Shown: positions 36,625 through 49,047 of the stretch, in pieces | How the letters are laid out: each line of letters starts with the position of its first letter | Position numbering within the stretch: the stretch's first letter is position 1 | Assembly: GCA_002104905.1 (NCBI GenBank) | Contig: MCFE01000112.1 | Span: 1-64,000, forward strand | Direction: 5' to 3' | Length of the DNA stretch: 64,000 nucleotides | Source: Basidiobolus meristosporus CBS 931.73 | Taxonomy: Eukaryota > Fungi > Basidiobolomycota | Notes under the pieces: generated by a model | Told to the model about the DNA's origin: nothing | What the model saw: the letters and a program-made list of their open reading frames with translations, nothing else | Database searches by the model: none | Made by a program: the position numbers and the translations under genes

Positions 36625-36710
36625 CACCAAAAGACGTACAAAGACTCAGCTCACAAGCACTTGAGGATTAGATATTTCAGTGAGAAGAAATACTTATATT
36701 CCAGATAAAT
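36625..36710 (+). pseudogene. Family C 3' remnant
   Basis: ggccaccaaaagacgtacaaagactcagctcacaagcacttgaggattagatatttcagt resembles GQKKYKRSAHKYFKIRYFS. Confidence 0.6.
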
Positions 36711-37166
36711 ATCTCCATCGAGTCACCTTATACTAATTCGAAACATCAATAACCTTAATTTGCAAGTTACTTTACCCCAGTTATAATATTAGAATCATAT
36801 AAACAACGATTGTTTCATTTATTTATCATACATCAATCACGATAATTTGGATGATTGAGTTCAAGAGCTAACTTCCAATGTAACAGAATAAGAATTCATC
36901 AACGAACTTGAACTCTTGCTACCATCAATATTCTGTAGCCTATATGCTATATATTATTGTGTAAACAGAAATGTCTTCAGTTTTTTTCTACTGATACAGT
37001 GATCTTGTGCCTCATATTTCGTCAGCAGCTTGTTTGTAATCTAACAAGATAAGAATATATCAGCGCATTGGAACAGTAGCCACACCAATATCCAAACTGT
37101 ATTCAGTAACCTACCACTCTATATCTTCTCTTGTGTAACCGGCAACGCAGTCAGTTTTATCTTGAA

Positions 37167-37350
37167 ATACGTCTTACTACTACTGCTATTGTAAACGGGG
37201 GTCTTGTATCTCTTCATGCTACCTTTGCTGCTCCAATTTCATGTTCCTCTGAATGCTCCCGGGGATATAGATCACTCGTTGTGTTACCAAACTGCGAACA
37301 ACTGCAACCAAAATGTCCAAGTGCATCCATACTTCGACCAAGCCCGCTAT
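37167..37350 (+). pseudogene. Family A 5' remnant
   Basis: Start codon appears as ATA; GLVSLHATFAAPISCSSECSRGYR matches the A N-terminus; truncated by the repeat at 37362. Confidence 0.6.
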
Positions 37351-37410
37351 TAGCTATGATATGAATAGCATACCGCCAATCATATATAAGCCAATTGACC
37401 CTTCTCACTG

Positions 37411-37502
37411 GAGTGCGCAGATCGACAGCGGATAGTTGCTGCCGTCACCAGAGTGCGCAGATCGACAGCGGCTAGTTGCTGCCGTCACCAGAGTGCGCAG
37501 AT
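37411..37502 (+). repeat. 40-bp tandem repeat x2.3 within a ~200-bp dispersed element
   Basis: gagtgcgcagatcgacagcgg(a/c)tagttgctgccgtcacca repeated; the surrounding 37362-37565 is similar to 52660-52850. Confidence 0.85.
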
Positions 37503-38449
37503 TAACAGTGAAGTAGTTAGTTGGGGCTGTTAATCGGCTATTTATTAATTTATACACGATCAAGATGAACACCTGCCAATCTTTGTTCAGTAGTGATGAT
37601 GTCGACCTTGTATTACCAAGATACCGGCTGCCATTAAATACCAGGGTGCATGTATGCTTGTACCAAATCCATTGGCTATGTACATGAGCGCCGCCATTTA
37701 GAAAACCCAGCCAGAGACCTGATTTGCAGATGCAGCAACTATGGTCCTGCTCGGAACTTGCAATATGCTCATTCTCACAAGCACCTTAGCCGGTTGCTCT
37801 TTTTCCACTGCGCCCCTGTAGCTACTTTATTTGCAACCAGTCAGTCTAAGCCGGAGTGGAGTGAAAGCTGGGCCTTAAGAAAGCTGGTACACAGCATACC
37901 TTGTGGACATTTAGCACTTGATGGAAGTAAGCATTGGCCATCAATACACGTGACTATTTTTTGAGATTGGTTGATTTTATCAGGCTACTGATGCAGTCGA
38001 GGAGTGCCAAATATGACAACTGGTATGAGCAGTTTGAGTCGGTAACAACCTTTGAGTACTGTCAAGTCTCTCGTACACTTCAACAAGAATGCAAATACTG
38101 TATTGTAATGTACAATTATGGCATTTCCATTTAGACTCCTACACACACCGGTTAATAACTTAATAAGAGATGTACATATAAATGTTGAAAGTCACTACAC
38201 TAACCTTGTTAGGGTGTGTGATGCCTATGGAAATGCAAGAAGTGTTCGTAATGATGCAGTTAATTAGGATTGTGCAACTATGACTGAGAATATATGATGC
38301 AAGATCCATGCTGGCAACATTGGATTTCGTTGTATTCAAGCTTGTTAAGCAATTGGTTAGCCTTATATTGAAAGAGTCATGTTACTGCAATAATCGGTCT
38401 TTGTTTAAGAGATCTATATCAGAGTTTGCCGTAGAGGGCTTCCAGTAAA

Positions 38450-39587
38450 ATGACTGTGGAGTCACGGTATTCATTTCTACACATCCTGGGCATGGGGAGC
38501 TTTGGCGTGGTGTGGGCAGCCCGCCGCAACTCAGACCAAAAGGTATGGTCAATGGAAACATGGCTTTCCTCAACCTCACCATGCCATTATAGATTTTTGC
38601 AGTCAAGATTATTGCGGTAAAATCCAACGAGCACACCAAGCAGCAGTATTTCCTCAACGAGGCAAGGCTGTTGCGTGGAGTAAAGCACCCGAACCTTGTA
38701 TACATTGAGGAATATGTCCACGATGCTGCAAGAGAGCTGCTTTACATTGTCATGGAATATTGTGGGCACCGGGATCTGGCCTTTTTCATCAAAGAATTCC
38801 GAGAGAATAGGTAACAGAGCTCTCACCATGATACCAAGAAAGTTGCACTAACATTGGTGTTGCAACAAAAGCTGTCGAGTGCGGCCAGAAAAGGTGTGGG
38901 CAATCTTTGCCCAGGTGGTCAGTGCCGTGCACTGGTGTCATTTGCAGTCACCAATGGTTGTCCATCGGGACATCAAGCCAGAAAATGGTACGGCAGGTGA
39001 TCGTTGATATGACAATGACTAATTCTTTGCAGTTTTCATCACCGCAGAGAATAATTTTAAGCTTGGCGATTTTGGCTTGTACCGGAGTCTTGCCCAAAGA
39101 TCAGTCGCATGTTCATTTGTTGGAGTAAGTGTATGGAATCATGGTCACTGAATCAGGCTAACCCAATCTTCTTAGACCCCACTCTATATGGCGCCAGTGG
39201 GTATTTAGTTGCGCTCACTATATATATACTACTAAGTCTGCTACTTATATAGGAGATGTTTCAAAATAAGCCATATTCAAATAAGGTGGACATATGGGCT
39301 TTGGGGCTGCTGTTGTACGAGCTCTGCTGCCTAAAGACCTTGTTCCATGCCAACAACCAGGAGGAACTACTCAAGCAAATGAAGCTGAAGCCTCCTTTAG
39401 AAATCCCTCTCATTTACCCTCAATCTATGCTACGTCTACTTCGCAGGATGCTTGACCCCGAGGTTAGTAATAGCGACCGGCTTGACATCTTGTCTCATAT
39501 CTAAACTTTTGGCAGCCATTGCAAAGACCAACTATTCAGGAAATAGTGGTAATTCCCGAAGTTGCCGAGGCATTGCAGCTGACATAG
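38450..39587 (+). CDS. NEK/NIMA-like Ser/Thr protein kinase, 7 exons, kinase domain only (about 273 aa)
   Basis: Spliced reading: MTVESRYSFLHILGMGSFGVVW, FAVK, NEARLL..HPNLV, VHRDIKPEN, KLGDFG, VG|TPLYMAP|E, KVDIWALG, RPTI; six GT-AG introns at the same positions as in the second copy. Confidence 0.9.
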
Positions 39588-39774
39588 CCGTAAGCAGACC
39601 TAGCCATTGGACATAGTGCCTCTTGGATTGTTCAAGCTTCCTTATTGCTCATGTTGAAATGTTTCTAACCATCCTCCTACATTTGGAAATAAAGTGGTCA
39701 TACTTGCCGCCTGCAGCAGAGGCAAGTGTGGTGTGGTACAATTGGTGGTCAACATGGTAAACAGGGTGGATTGG

Positions 39775-39840
39775 AGTTCATCAAATCCGCGGCCTGGTAT
39801 CCATAATAGTTCATCAAATCCGCGGCCTGGTATCCATAAT
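39775..39840 (+). repeat. Perfect 33-bp tandem duplication
   Basis: agttcatcaaatccgcggcctggtatccataat x2. Confidence 0.9.
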
Positions 39841-39882
39841 TTTAGTGAATCTTGAAACTATCTTCGCTGCGCTACTCTTAAC

Positions 39883-40368
39883 TTATGGCTCCTGTAACGC
39901 TAGTTTGGCTTGCTCTATGAGTGGTACAACTTTCCTATGCATATCATTGATATTGCAATGGAACTGCGTATAGTCATCTACTGACACCAACTGAAGATGA
40001 GATTGCTCACCTTTGCGCGTATCATGTTGATTAGTAATGTGAGTTGGATTGATCTGAATAGTGTTGCACAACATCTTTGGCCTTATAATTGCGTGAAACA
40101 TACGCCCGTGGCAAGTAAAAGTGGCCTTGGCCAAGCGGAATTCTATAAAGGGCTGGCTAGCAGAATGTTCAACAATATTCCCTGCCAAGTAATTTCCATG
40201 TCCAATCATAGACCTGAACATGGATCCACTCTGTGGCCAAGAGGCTTCAATTTCATTAGAATTGGTACTGATCTCAAGTGATTCGGGTTGTAGCGTTCTT
40301 TTGCTCATAAACTGATGATGAAGAACCCTAACCTTATCGTAGGCATGAGCCTGAATTTCCTGCCTCAC
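39883..40368 (-). CDS. Unknown protein X (probably lacking upstream exons), convergent with the kinase
   Basis: Homologous to 50568..50966 (WP.SGSMF.SMIGHG..L..NIVE....QP, C-terminal LI.QA.LALQ.P*); true start uncertain. Confidence 0.6.
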   Translation of the reverse strand: MRQEIQAHAYDKVRVLHHQFMSKRTLQPESLEISTNSNEIEASWPQSGSMFRSMIGHGNYLAGNIVEHSASQPFIEFRLAKATFTCHGRMFHAIIRPKMLCNTIQINPTHITNQHDTRKGEQSHLQLVSVDDYTQFHCNINDMHRKVVPLIEQAKLALQEP

Positions 40369-41261
40369 TGAAGGCCATTCCTACTGGGAAGGAAGCTAGG
40401 TTTGATGAGTGTGTGAAGATGATCCAAGGATTCACTCATACACAGCAACGTTAAGAAGCGCGACCTTGATGCATCCAATGGGGTTGACGTGCTTTTTAAT
40501 GCTCTTGGCCGTTTTGAGCAGACTGTAAAAAGCTGGGAGAAATCAAACCTCGTCTGTGGAGTAACGAAGCAAAAGGGGGGCAAGGATATTTGCGGCTGCA
40601 ACAATGGAGAGTTGGCATGGAGCTTACTATGCAAACACAGTCGCTTACAAGGTATTCAGTGCCATGGTGGAGTGGGGATCATCTCGTTTGGTATCAGATA
40701 TGCAGCACCCCCGCAAAGTGCACCGGAGTGGTGTTCCATCAACAATATCTAAGCATCATGATGTATACACTCTTACTAACACTCCAGCATCTCTACAGTG
40801 GTACGGCCCATCAGACTGTGTTTTCGATAACACCAGCTGTGCTAAAAATTACTGCGCACTTTTCTAAGCAATGATGATCATTCAGGGCATCAAGGTCTAC
40901 ATGTAGTCATTTAATCAATGAGGATTTTTCATTGAAGAGCAATTCGTAACTGAGAACTGAGAATCAGGGTAAAATGTGCAAGAGATACAAAAGTGGATTT
41001 ATTACTTACGTGCAATTGTCACCACCATTCCCTGCTTCACTCCCAGCTCCGCAGTTACCAATTTCCCCCTTTACTATACCGACATATCCGGCACAATCAT
41101 CCACCTAAGCCATACACCCCATTCCCTCTGGTCTGTAACCTTCTATTCAGTGAAATTTGAATGAATTCACCAAATTGATGCTATAAATCAAGGGAACAGC
41201 AGGTTGGACGAAATCATGCAATTTCAGGTCAACTACAAAAAAAATCTGCTCTCAAATTAAT

Positions 41262-42570
41262 AAAAGAGTTGGTTGGTACTCAAACTTTGTTATTGTGGCT
41301 ACTGATGCCCATCCACTCAGACTTGCCAACCCCTGACTGGTCCTCTGCTTCTGAAACTACCGTTCCTCCTTCCACTGCACAAAAGTCTATTCATACTTCT
41401 CTTCTTTCTAAATATACTTCTCCACTTCTTCTCACTCTGCCAGAAACTACCAATCTATGTTTCTGATCCAACCCAGTCTGTGTTTCTGGATCCACTAGCA
41501 AGGATTCTGCACCCAAGTGAGCAATCTGTAGTCTTCACAGTTGCTAATGGTGTTGCTCAAGGCTCTGTGCTAGGCCCTATTCTATTTTGAATACTCCTGA
41601 ATGACTTTCCAAGACTATCAGCTGACTCTCTGGCTTCCCTCTTTGCCAATGATATCAGAATCTTCTCCAATGCCCAGTAAGACTCCCAGACCATCCACCA
41701 ATATCTCCAGAAGAATAATCCCCGGCTTTCCATTGCCAAGACAGTACCTTTGGGTTGTCCTATCAACTTAGAGAACTGCACTCTACCTGCTCAGGTCTCT
41801 GCTACATATCTTGGCTTTCCTTTCCTTCCTACTTGACTGGACTCTGGAGCTCACCTGAAGAAGAGAATCATCCTGGCAAGACAGGCCCTCCACAGGTTAA
41901 TGGCTGTTACTCCTTCTTCAACTTCAGCTCCCAGCTGTCTCCTTCTACTCAAGCAGTTTGTCTTCCCTGTCCTGGAATTTGGTCTACCACTTCTCTATCT
42001 TACTTCTAGAGACTGCACTAAGCTTGACAAGTTTGCAGTCTGGTGCATTACCTCCTTGGTGCCTCATCTGCCAGAATGCCCCTGCAGACATGCTATTCTT
42101 GGTGCTCTTGGGTTTATGCCCTACAAGATCAGACTTCTCTACCTTAGAACCAAATTATATCTCAGACTTCACCACTGCAACAACCCACTGATCAAGGCCT
42201 GGATGAGAACACACCACACTACACCTGGCTCCTGCTGGAGAACTATACTTGGAGATCCAGATGTCAAGAAGTCTGCTCATTATATTCTGCAGTCAGAAAA
42301 ACCCAAGGAGGCCTACCTGAAGCACCTGATGGACCTCTGGCAGCAGTACCTGAAGCAACACACTCCCTTTATGATGAACATCAATCCTTATCATATTCCC
42401 CTTATTAATGTTGTCCACAGATCATTCCTACCCCACTTGCTACCCCCCTTCCCACTGAACAGTGTCTTGAGCACTGAAGAGCTATCTTCTCTCCTTATTA
42501 ACTTACCTACCAATTCCCCTCAGCTACACACTCTTGTATCAAAGCTACAGCAGTAGTGCTGGCTTCTTTG
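41262..42570 (+). mobile_element. Degenerate LINE reverse-transcriptase fragment
   Basis: GVAQGSVLGPILF* (41549), LFAND (cf. LFADD, 41641), TYLGFP, LLLLKQFVFPVLEFG; stops and frameshifts; CpG-depleted. Confidence 0.85.
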
Positions 42571-43729
42571 TTTCAATACAAATAAAGATTTCACTTGTTG
42601 GTGACTGTCTCCCCCCCTAAGCCCACAATGCAATAGCTACTTTCACTATACACATACTGAGAAGTGCTTTGGTTTAAAAGATTCTGATGCACTGTTGCAG
42701 TTTCATTCTCAAAAAGCACTCATCACAATGCTGTCAGCAATAATCTCAGCAATTAGGCTAAAGTTGCTGCATTCAATATATACTGAGGAGCAAAAGTACC
42801 CTTGGAGTATTAGTGGGACATCACATAGCTGGCAATACCTATTATCACAGATGTTCATGTATAACTGTGTATTAGACTTGTTCCATTGTGCCATTGATCA
42901 TAGTGCCAGAGAGTGCTGTATATTTTGTTATAATTTGATATTTAGAGTCATATGCATTTCAATTTTTGTCCCAAATTGGCACTGTATGGCACTCTGTGGT
43001 ATGATCACGCACTATCTGGCATGCTACGGCACTATTGGGCACTATGATCAGCTGGAATGATGGCACAAGTCTATTGTACTCTTCTCTTTGTATAAGTAAG
43101 CACTATATGAGATTCACAGTACAGTATCTACATGCCAAACCCTAACCCTAAATCCTCCTCTAGACACTGATATTGAGGATATTTGGGATACAGCAAAGCC
43201 CAAAATTACCTTGTAGGCTTTCTGCATCTCAGATGCTCATATTCAAACTTGGCTTCTTTGTTCATGATTTAAATTAGCTGTTGCAATATATGACTCACAC
43301 CCTTCTCTCAAGTGGCAAGATATAACCTTGTGAGAAGTTGCTGAATATAGTGTAGTTGTGGTGTTTTGTGAATATTACAGTATCAATAGATAATATATAT
43401 CAGAGCTAAATTTGGTGCAATCAGTGTATGGACAACATGATGAATATTTGTCACAAAGATATGATTGGTATTGAAAATTTTGGTTTAAGCTAGCAAAGTA
43501 GCTATTGAACTGCCAAATTTAACTTGCATTCTACTGTATTTTTATGGTTGCACTTAAATATCTACATGAACTTAGTTACATAATATTTGCAATATTTTTA
43601 TGAGCATTACACAAATGTACTTCTTTCTGGATATTTCAGATGTCCTAAGGAACCCAAAATAGTGCATACTAGTGTTTTGAACTCTCTTCTCTAAAGTATA
43701 TTCTTTTGCAATGCATGGTGCTACTGCAA

Positions 43730-43900
43730 ATACATAATATTCTAGAAGTTGATATAGCTACCATATCCTCTGTAACTGCCATAGCAACCACAGTGTCCTT
43801 GTATCTGTCCCTTCCGCTGCCACATTTGCCTTATCTTCAGAGTCTGTATCCATTTGCAGAATACACCCCAAGATACTGCTCAGCAACTTCCATTTCCGGC
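43730..43900 (-). pseudogene. Family D (Gly/Tyr/Cys-rich) 3' remnant
   Basis: Reverse strand reads ...GKCGSGRDRYK/HCGCYGSYRGYGSY across a frameshift. Confidence 0.5.
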
Positions 43901-44397
43901 AGACTCATGCCAATGAGTGGAAAAACGGTTACTGTAGGGGCAGTAAGAATCTCCATCAATTAACATTCTCAATAAACTGCATTATTTTGATCAGAGTGCA
44001 CCTACAACTCATCAACTGCTACACTAGTATTACAACTATATTGAGGATACCAACAACTCAGACAAAGAATACAAGTAAACTTTTGCCTCAGATATATATA
44101 TACATTATACTCATTATTATTAATCAGGCAATGTTGGATTCCACTGTTGCTCATATTAAATATTGCTTATTACCCTAAGAGCTATCTTCCCTTATTCATA
44201 CAATTAAGCAAAGTGTGAATCAATTGAATGAAATTTATTCAGTATACATTCATGGCAAACGTATCTTTTTTCTTGTCAATCCATTGCCTAACCAAAGGAG
44301 ATTCTGTGCCAAACTTGCTTTCTCTTCCATGTAAATGCCAGACAGCATAGAGTGAGGAGTGTAGTAATTTGTTTATTCAGCGTAATGATATGGTAGA

Positions 44398-44880
44398 TTA
44401 GCTGCCCCAATTGCACCCACCATAGGCTCTATAGGCCCCATACCCATTGTAGTGGCCATATCCCCAACATCCCCCATTACCACAAAAACAACCAAAATGT
44501 CTTTGCCCCCAGTATCTACCCTTTCCTTGTCCATAGCCACCATATATACCATATCTACCCCACAACTTGGACTCTTTGGAATCTGCTTCAGGATTACTCA
44601 ATTCAGGACTGCTCTGCTCTCCCTCTCCTCTTTGGTCAGTATCTTGTTTGCTAGAGAGTGTTTTGTTGAATGTATTCCTTGACATTTGGCCAAGAGGACC
44701 ATCAATGTAGTACTGAATGCTCTGTGCATCTCTTTCCTTGCTGGGCAAGAACCTCTTGACCACTGACTGCTTTGTGGATCCCTACTGGAGATGGAGGCAC
44801 TTGCCACATTTGTGCTTGTCACTTGTGCAGGGTTCCCAAAGGCACTGGTAGCCATCACTAGAGCAATGAATTCTTTGACA
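44398..44880 (-). pseudogene. Family D secreted Gly/Tyr/Cys/Trp-rich protein, frameshifted
   Basis: Signal-like FIALVMATSAFGNPAQVTSTNVAS, then a 1-nt shift into VKRFLPSKE...KLWGRYGIYGGYG...GGCNWGS*; a second N-terminal remnant lies at about 44985-45065. Confidence 0.65.
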
Positions 44881-45959
44881 TTTAGATAAGAAGGCCATTA
44901 ATGTAGCCTCAAATGTTACATGCATCTTTCCCCTTGTATGACTGGAATCTCATTATCACATGACAACCTTGTTGATTGCAATTGGTGATGGAGGAACTTG
45001 CTACATTAGTGCTTGTCACTTTTGCAGGGTTCCCAAGGCACCAGTGGCCATCATTAGAGCATAGGCTATGGGGGTTTGCTTATGCACTTTCAATCTTCAA
45101 ATGAAGCTCACAAATTCTCTCTGTGCATAGAACACTACATCATGCAAAAATAGAAATACAAGATATTCAAGTGCCACTCTTAGACTTTCTGCCAAGGTAG
45201 GAGCTTGCTCAAGTATACCTATATATCAAGATGATGGCTGTCAATTTCTACTCTACAGAGTGTACTCAATTTCAACTTTAACTCAAGTCCTCAATGCCCA
45301 GCAAAGGAACCGGGCCATACATGCAAGAGGAAAAATGATCTAACGTAAATGGGATAGCCCAGTGAATGCTATAGAGATTTGTCAAGTTTTGATAGCACAA
45401 CTGGGTCAAATTTCAAATTAAAGGTAAATTGAAACATATTATGCACATCAATGGTTGATCAGGTCATTGACAAACACTTACATAATCAAGAATAGCTTTA
45501 AGAAAATCAAGATCTAATGTGCACATTGATGGTTGATCAGGTCATAAATGAGCTCAAAAGAATCAGGATACACATCTATTAGACACAAGAAGAACAAGGC
45601 CACAATCTCAGGCAGGCATTACTCAGGTAGAGGCATAAACAAAGTTGACTTGATTGTTGATTGAGTACTTGGGTATCAGTCAACTTGTATGATAGCTATA
45701 AAACAGTGTTCTCATGTAGTAAGAAATACCTATGTAGCTTTGTAGAACACTTTTCATCAACTATGTGAAATGTGGCATGGAATAGATGTCTCTTGTATTT
45801 ATCAATATGGTGAGACCAAAATACTTGCTCCCTAGCCTTACACCTTGTGAGAATGCAAGTGGTGCTACTGACAGCCAAGAAAATAATAATTAGAGGGCAT
45901 GAGCATCAAGTACTACTCTAAACAAAGCTGAAGATGAGATGATTAGTGCTTATTTAGCT

Positions 45960-46080
45960 TAATAATGTGGTAAATTAGCAATCCCAGTCACACTTACTAT
46001 ACCAACCATAGCAATCATATCCCCAATATTCACTGTAACCACAATAGTACTCTTGACAGACTTACTTCTCCTGCATTGCC
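45960..46080 (-). pseudogene. Family D 3' remnant
   Basis: Reverse strand reads EYYCGYSEYWGYDCYGWYSKCDWDC*. Confidence 0.55.
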
Positions 46081-46726
46081 ACCATTGCAATGATCAGTGC
46101 GATGCACCTCTTTCAGACTACCAGAGAGGGAGGAAATTACTAATAATCCTGTGCATCTATCATATTTGTTGTTATTATTTACTCAAATAGCTCAAGCAAA
46201 GAATATATGTATCCAACCACAGATAGAAGTCCTTTACTTATGCCAAGGAGCCACATTCACAGCACTATACTGCCAGCATTACCTCTGAATCCCCTCACAC
46301 CTTTGCCCAAGTTATCCTATATCCATCTCTGCAGCATTGAACCAATAGAAGGAACCAAATTGCAATGATATCCTCCAAACAAGGGGAGGTACTCACGACA
46401 AAGAGCAGAGGAAAAGTGACTGTAGGGGTAGTGAGAATCTCCATCAATTAACCTTCTCAATAAACCCCATCATTTTGACCAGTGAATCAAGTTCGGTAGA
46501 TGTAGCCTTATTTGTTTGTAATGACAGGAAGTGAAATCTCCCAGACAACCAGCTTGATAATAAGCATTGCGTCAATGGATATTGCAAATAATATAGTAGG
46601 AATGCATACACAAATGATTTTCAGTCAGGCGATTAGCATATTCATACAATGCTAACAATCAATTGAACTGTGCCGCAAAATTTTCTCATATATTGTTCTA
46701 GATCAATTGAACTGCTTTATTTACGC

Positions 46727-47090
46727 TTAACAACCCCAATCACTCCCTCCATAGCCTCCGTAGCAACCGTTACACCCTCGTCCCCAGTATCTATCCCTCC
46801 AACACCCGTAACCGCCATATCTTTCCCAAAGCTCAGCCTCCTCCGAAGGATTGATTGTCCCTTCCTCGTTGCCCTTCTTGGTATTGACTCCCTGATCAGC
46901 ACGTTGCTTACTCAAGGGTGTCTTGTCAAATTTATTGCTCAGCATTTGGCTGACAAGGCCATCGGTGTAGCAGTAAATTGGCAAGCATCTTCCTCCTTGT
47001 AACTTGGCCGGAAAATGATGAACTTGCCTCATTTGTGCCTGTTACTTTTTCAGGGTTTCCAACGGTAAAGGTGGCCAGTTGCACGTGGTA
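46727..47090 (-). pseudogene. Family D copy (101-aa open C-terminal part, N-terminus out of frame)
   Basis: EAELWERYGGYGCWRDRYWGRGCNGCYGGYGGSDWGC*; GNPEKVTGTNEAS lies upstream in another frame. Confidence 0.65.
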
Positions 47091-47099
47091 CTAAGCGTA

Positions 47100-47400
47100 T
47101 CAGCCATATTGCCACCATCTTCAACATTCTCCATAGTGTCCTTGTGTGCAGTACCACGGTCTCTTCCGAACTGAAGTCAGGGTAGCTCTCTCCTTCTTCA
47201 TTTATCCGCAACTTTATTACTTAATATGGTGCTTGACATCCGGTTGAGAATATCACGAGCATCTTGCTCTTTGTTGGGCTGGAACCTCTTTGCCGATTGG
47301 CCACTTTCCAGATCACATCTGGAGATGGTTACGATTACCACATTACTGCTTGTCATTTGTCCCCAAATAAGAGAGCGCTGACCAAAGAACAAAGATCTCC
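47100..47400 (-). pseudogene. Family D degenerate copy
   Basis: QMTSSNV..TISRCDLESGQSAKRFQPNKEQDA matches VTSTNV..SISSRDPQSSQSVKRFLPSKERDA; stops downstream. Confidence 0.55.
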
Positions 47401-47819
47401 GCATCTTCTTTGTATACGGAAGCAACCATAGCTTTGTGAGAAGGGAAGGGATAGTTTACAGGCAAATACACATTAACTTTGTTATTGACGATGTGGGTTT
47501 AGGGTGACAAAGTGACTGGAATATGGCATCTAGGCAAATGTTAGTCAAAGAACGCGTTCGTTGGTTTACCATGAATAGAGTCACTATTGTTTTACCCTCC
47601 CTACATGCTTTAGCCCACCAATCTGCTATGCATGCACCGCAATAAACCATAGTGTGGCCAAAGAAAGTAAACAAGGAGATAGGCCAAATTAAACCGGAGA
47701 ATACGGTCACCATTTGGACACTTGGAATCTCTAAGTGCGATGTTTGCCAAAGGGGAAATTGGCTAAATCCTAGGATACATGTAATGTTATATAGAAATAA
47801 AGAACCAACTCAATAGCAA

Positions 47820-48110
47820 ACCCTTGGACTTATGCATGTAGTTGGCAACTCCAATCATAGCGGCCAGTTCCCACACCTCTAGTATCTGACTCTCCTTGTC
47901 AAGTAATCCTTCCACAGCTCACTCTCTGGTAACGACTTCTTGATCGGTCAAAAGTATTGCTTGGCACCTGGTCCGGAAGGTTGTCGATGTGGTGTCACAT
48001 ATTGCCCGTGCCTTCCTCCTTGAAGGATTGCACCCTTTTACCACATGACCATTTGGTAGATGAGATGGAGAAATTGGCCACAAGGGCAACAGGGATGGTG
48101 CTAGATATAT
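47820..48110 (-). pseudogene. Probable further family D degenerate copy
   Basis: aaggaggaaggcacgggcaata and gagagtgagctgtgg (ESELW) resemble the family D middle and the AELW motif. Confidence 0.35.
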
Positions 48111-49047
48111 ATATAATTTTATATGTTTGCTTGCATTGAGGGTCATGGGATCAATCTTTCACCCAGCAAAACAACTAGTCCGTGTATGATTCCTTGCTAT
48201 CTCAGACAACCTTCAGAATTCCCCTTTTGTTTCGCCTATATATCTAGTGAAGAGTAACACTAGCAAAATAATTTAAGCCTCGTTATGATGCTGGTAATTA
48301 GGAGTGAGCTATTGTGGCTAGCAAAACACCTACATTCAGCATTAGCGCTGTGTCACGTATGCATGTAGGCATTAGTTACCCAACGGAGAGGTGGAAGACT
48401 TTAACGTTGGGGATATCTTTGATAAATTTGTAGATGTTGTGAAGGTGGGTGGTGAATATTAAAACTAATATGTTGTTCGGCAAGGGTCATAATGCTGGAG
48501 GCAAAGATGGCGGAACCAGAGGTGTGTTCAGTGCCATGGGTGATTTTGTTGGCAAGGACTAGAGTGTCTGGTGTGTACTGTACTGATTAAAGAATTGAGA
48601 AACTACAACTGCAACACAACCAATGCTTAAATACAATGGAACCACCAAATATGACATCCAGCACGGTCTTACGTATGAGGACACTTGAAGCGCACAGATG
48701 TAAGGGGGTGGCGGTAGGTCAAATATATATTACCAGAAGCAGAAAGGCATATTCGCTTCAATATTTTACTATTCTCTACTCTTGTACCGCGATCAAACTA
48801 GCATGCATTCAATCAGGTTTAACACTGGTAGCTAAAAAGGAAGAGCGGCTAAGCCACCCATTCAATCATTGTCGAGCAATCCAAGTAACTATTGGTAGAA
48901 CTCCACCACGTGAATATATGGTGAATAGCATCAAAGTTATTTATTCGCAATTGGTTGTCTATGGAATGAAAGTGCCATTCAGCAAGCACAATCAATCCTT
49001 GTTCACAGGATTTATATAGGAGTGTGCAGTAGTGGGCTTCCGGTAAA

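Noticed and set aside
37566-38134. ORFs 37650..37964 and 37934..38134
   Set aside because: I could not build a coherent spliced model or recognise any motif.
40365-40874. Overlapping ORFs 40489, 40590 and 40604 as a gene
   Set aside because: There is no ATG-supported model, no counterpart beside the second kinase module, and no recognisable motif.
43137-43152. Telomere-like CCCTAA x2
   Set aside because: Only two units; expected by chance or as TE debris.
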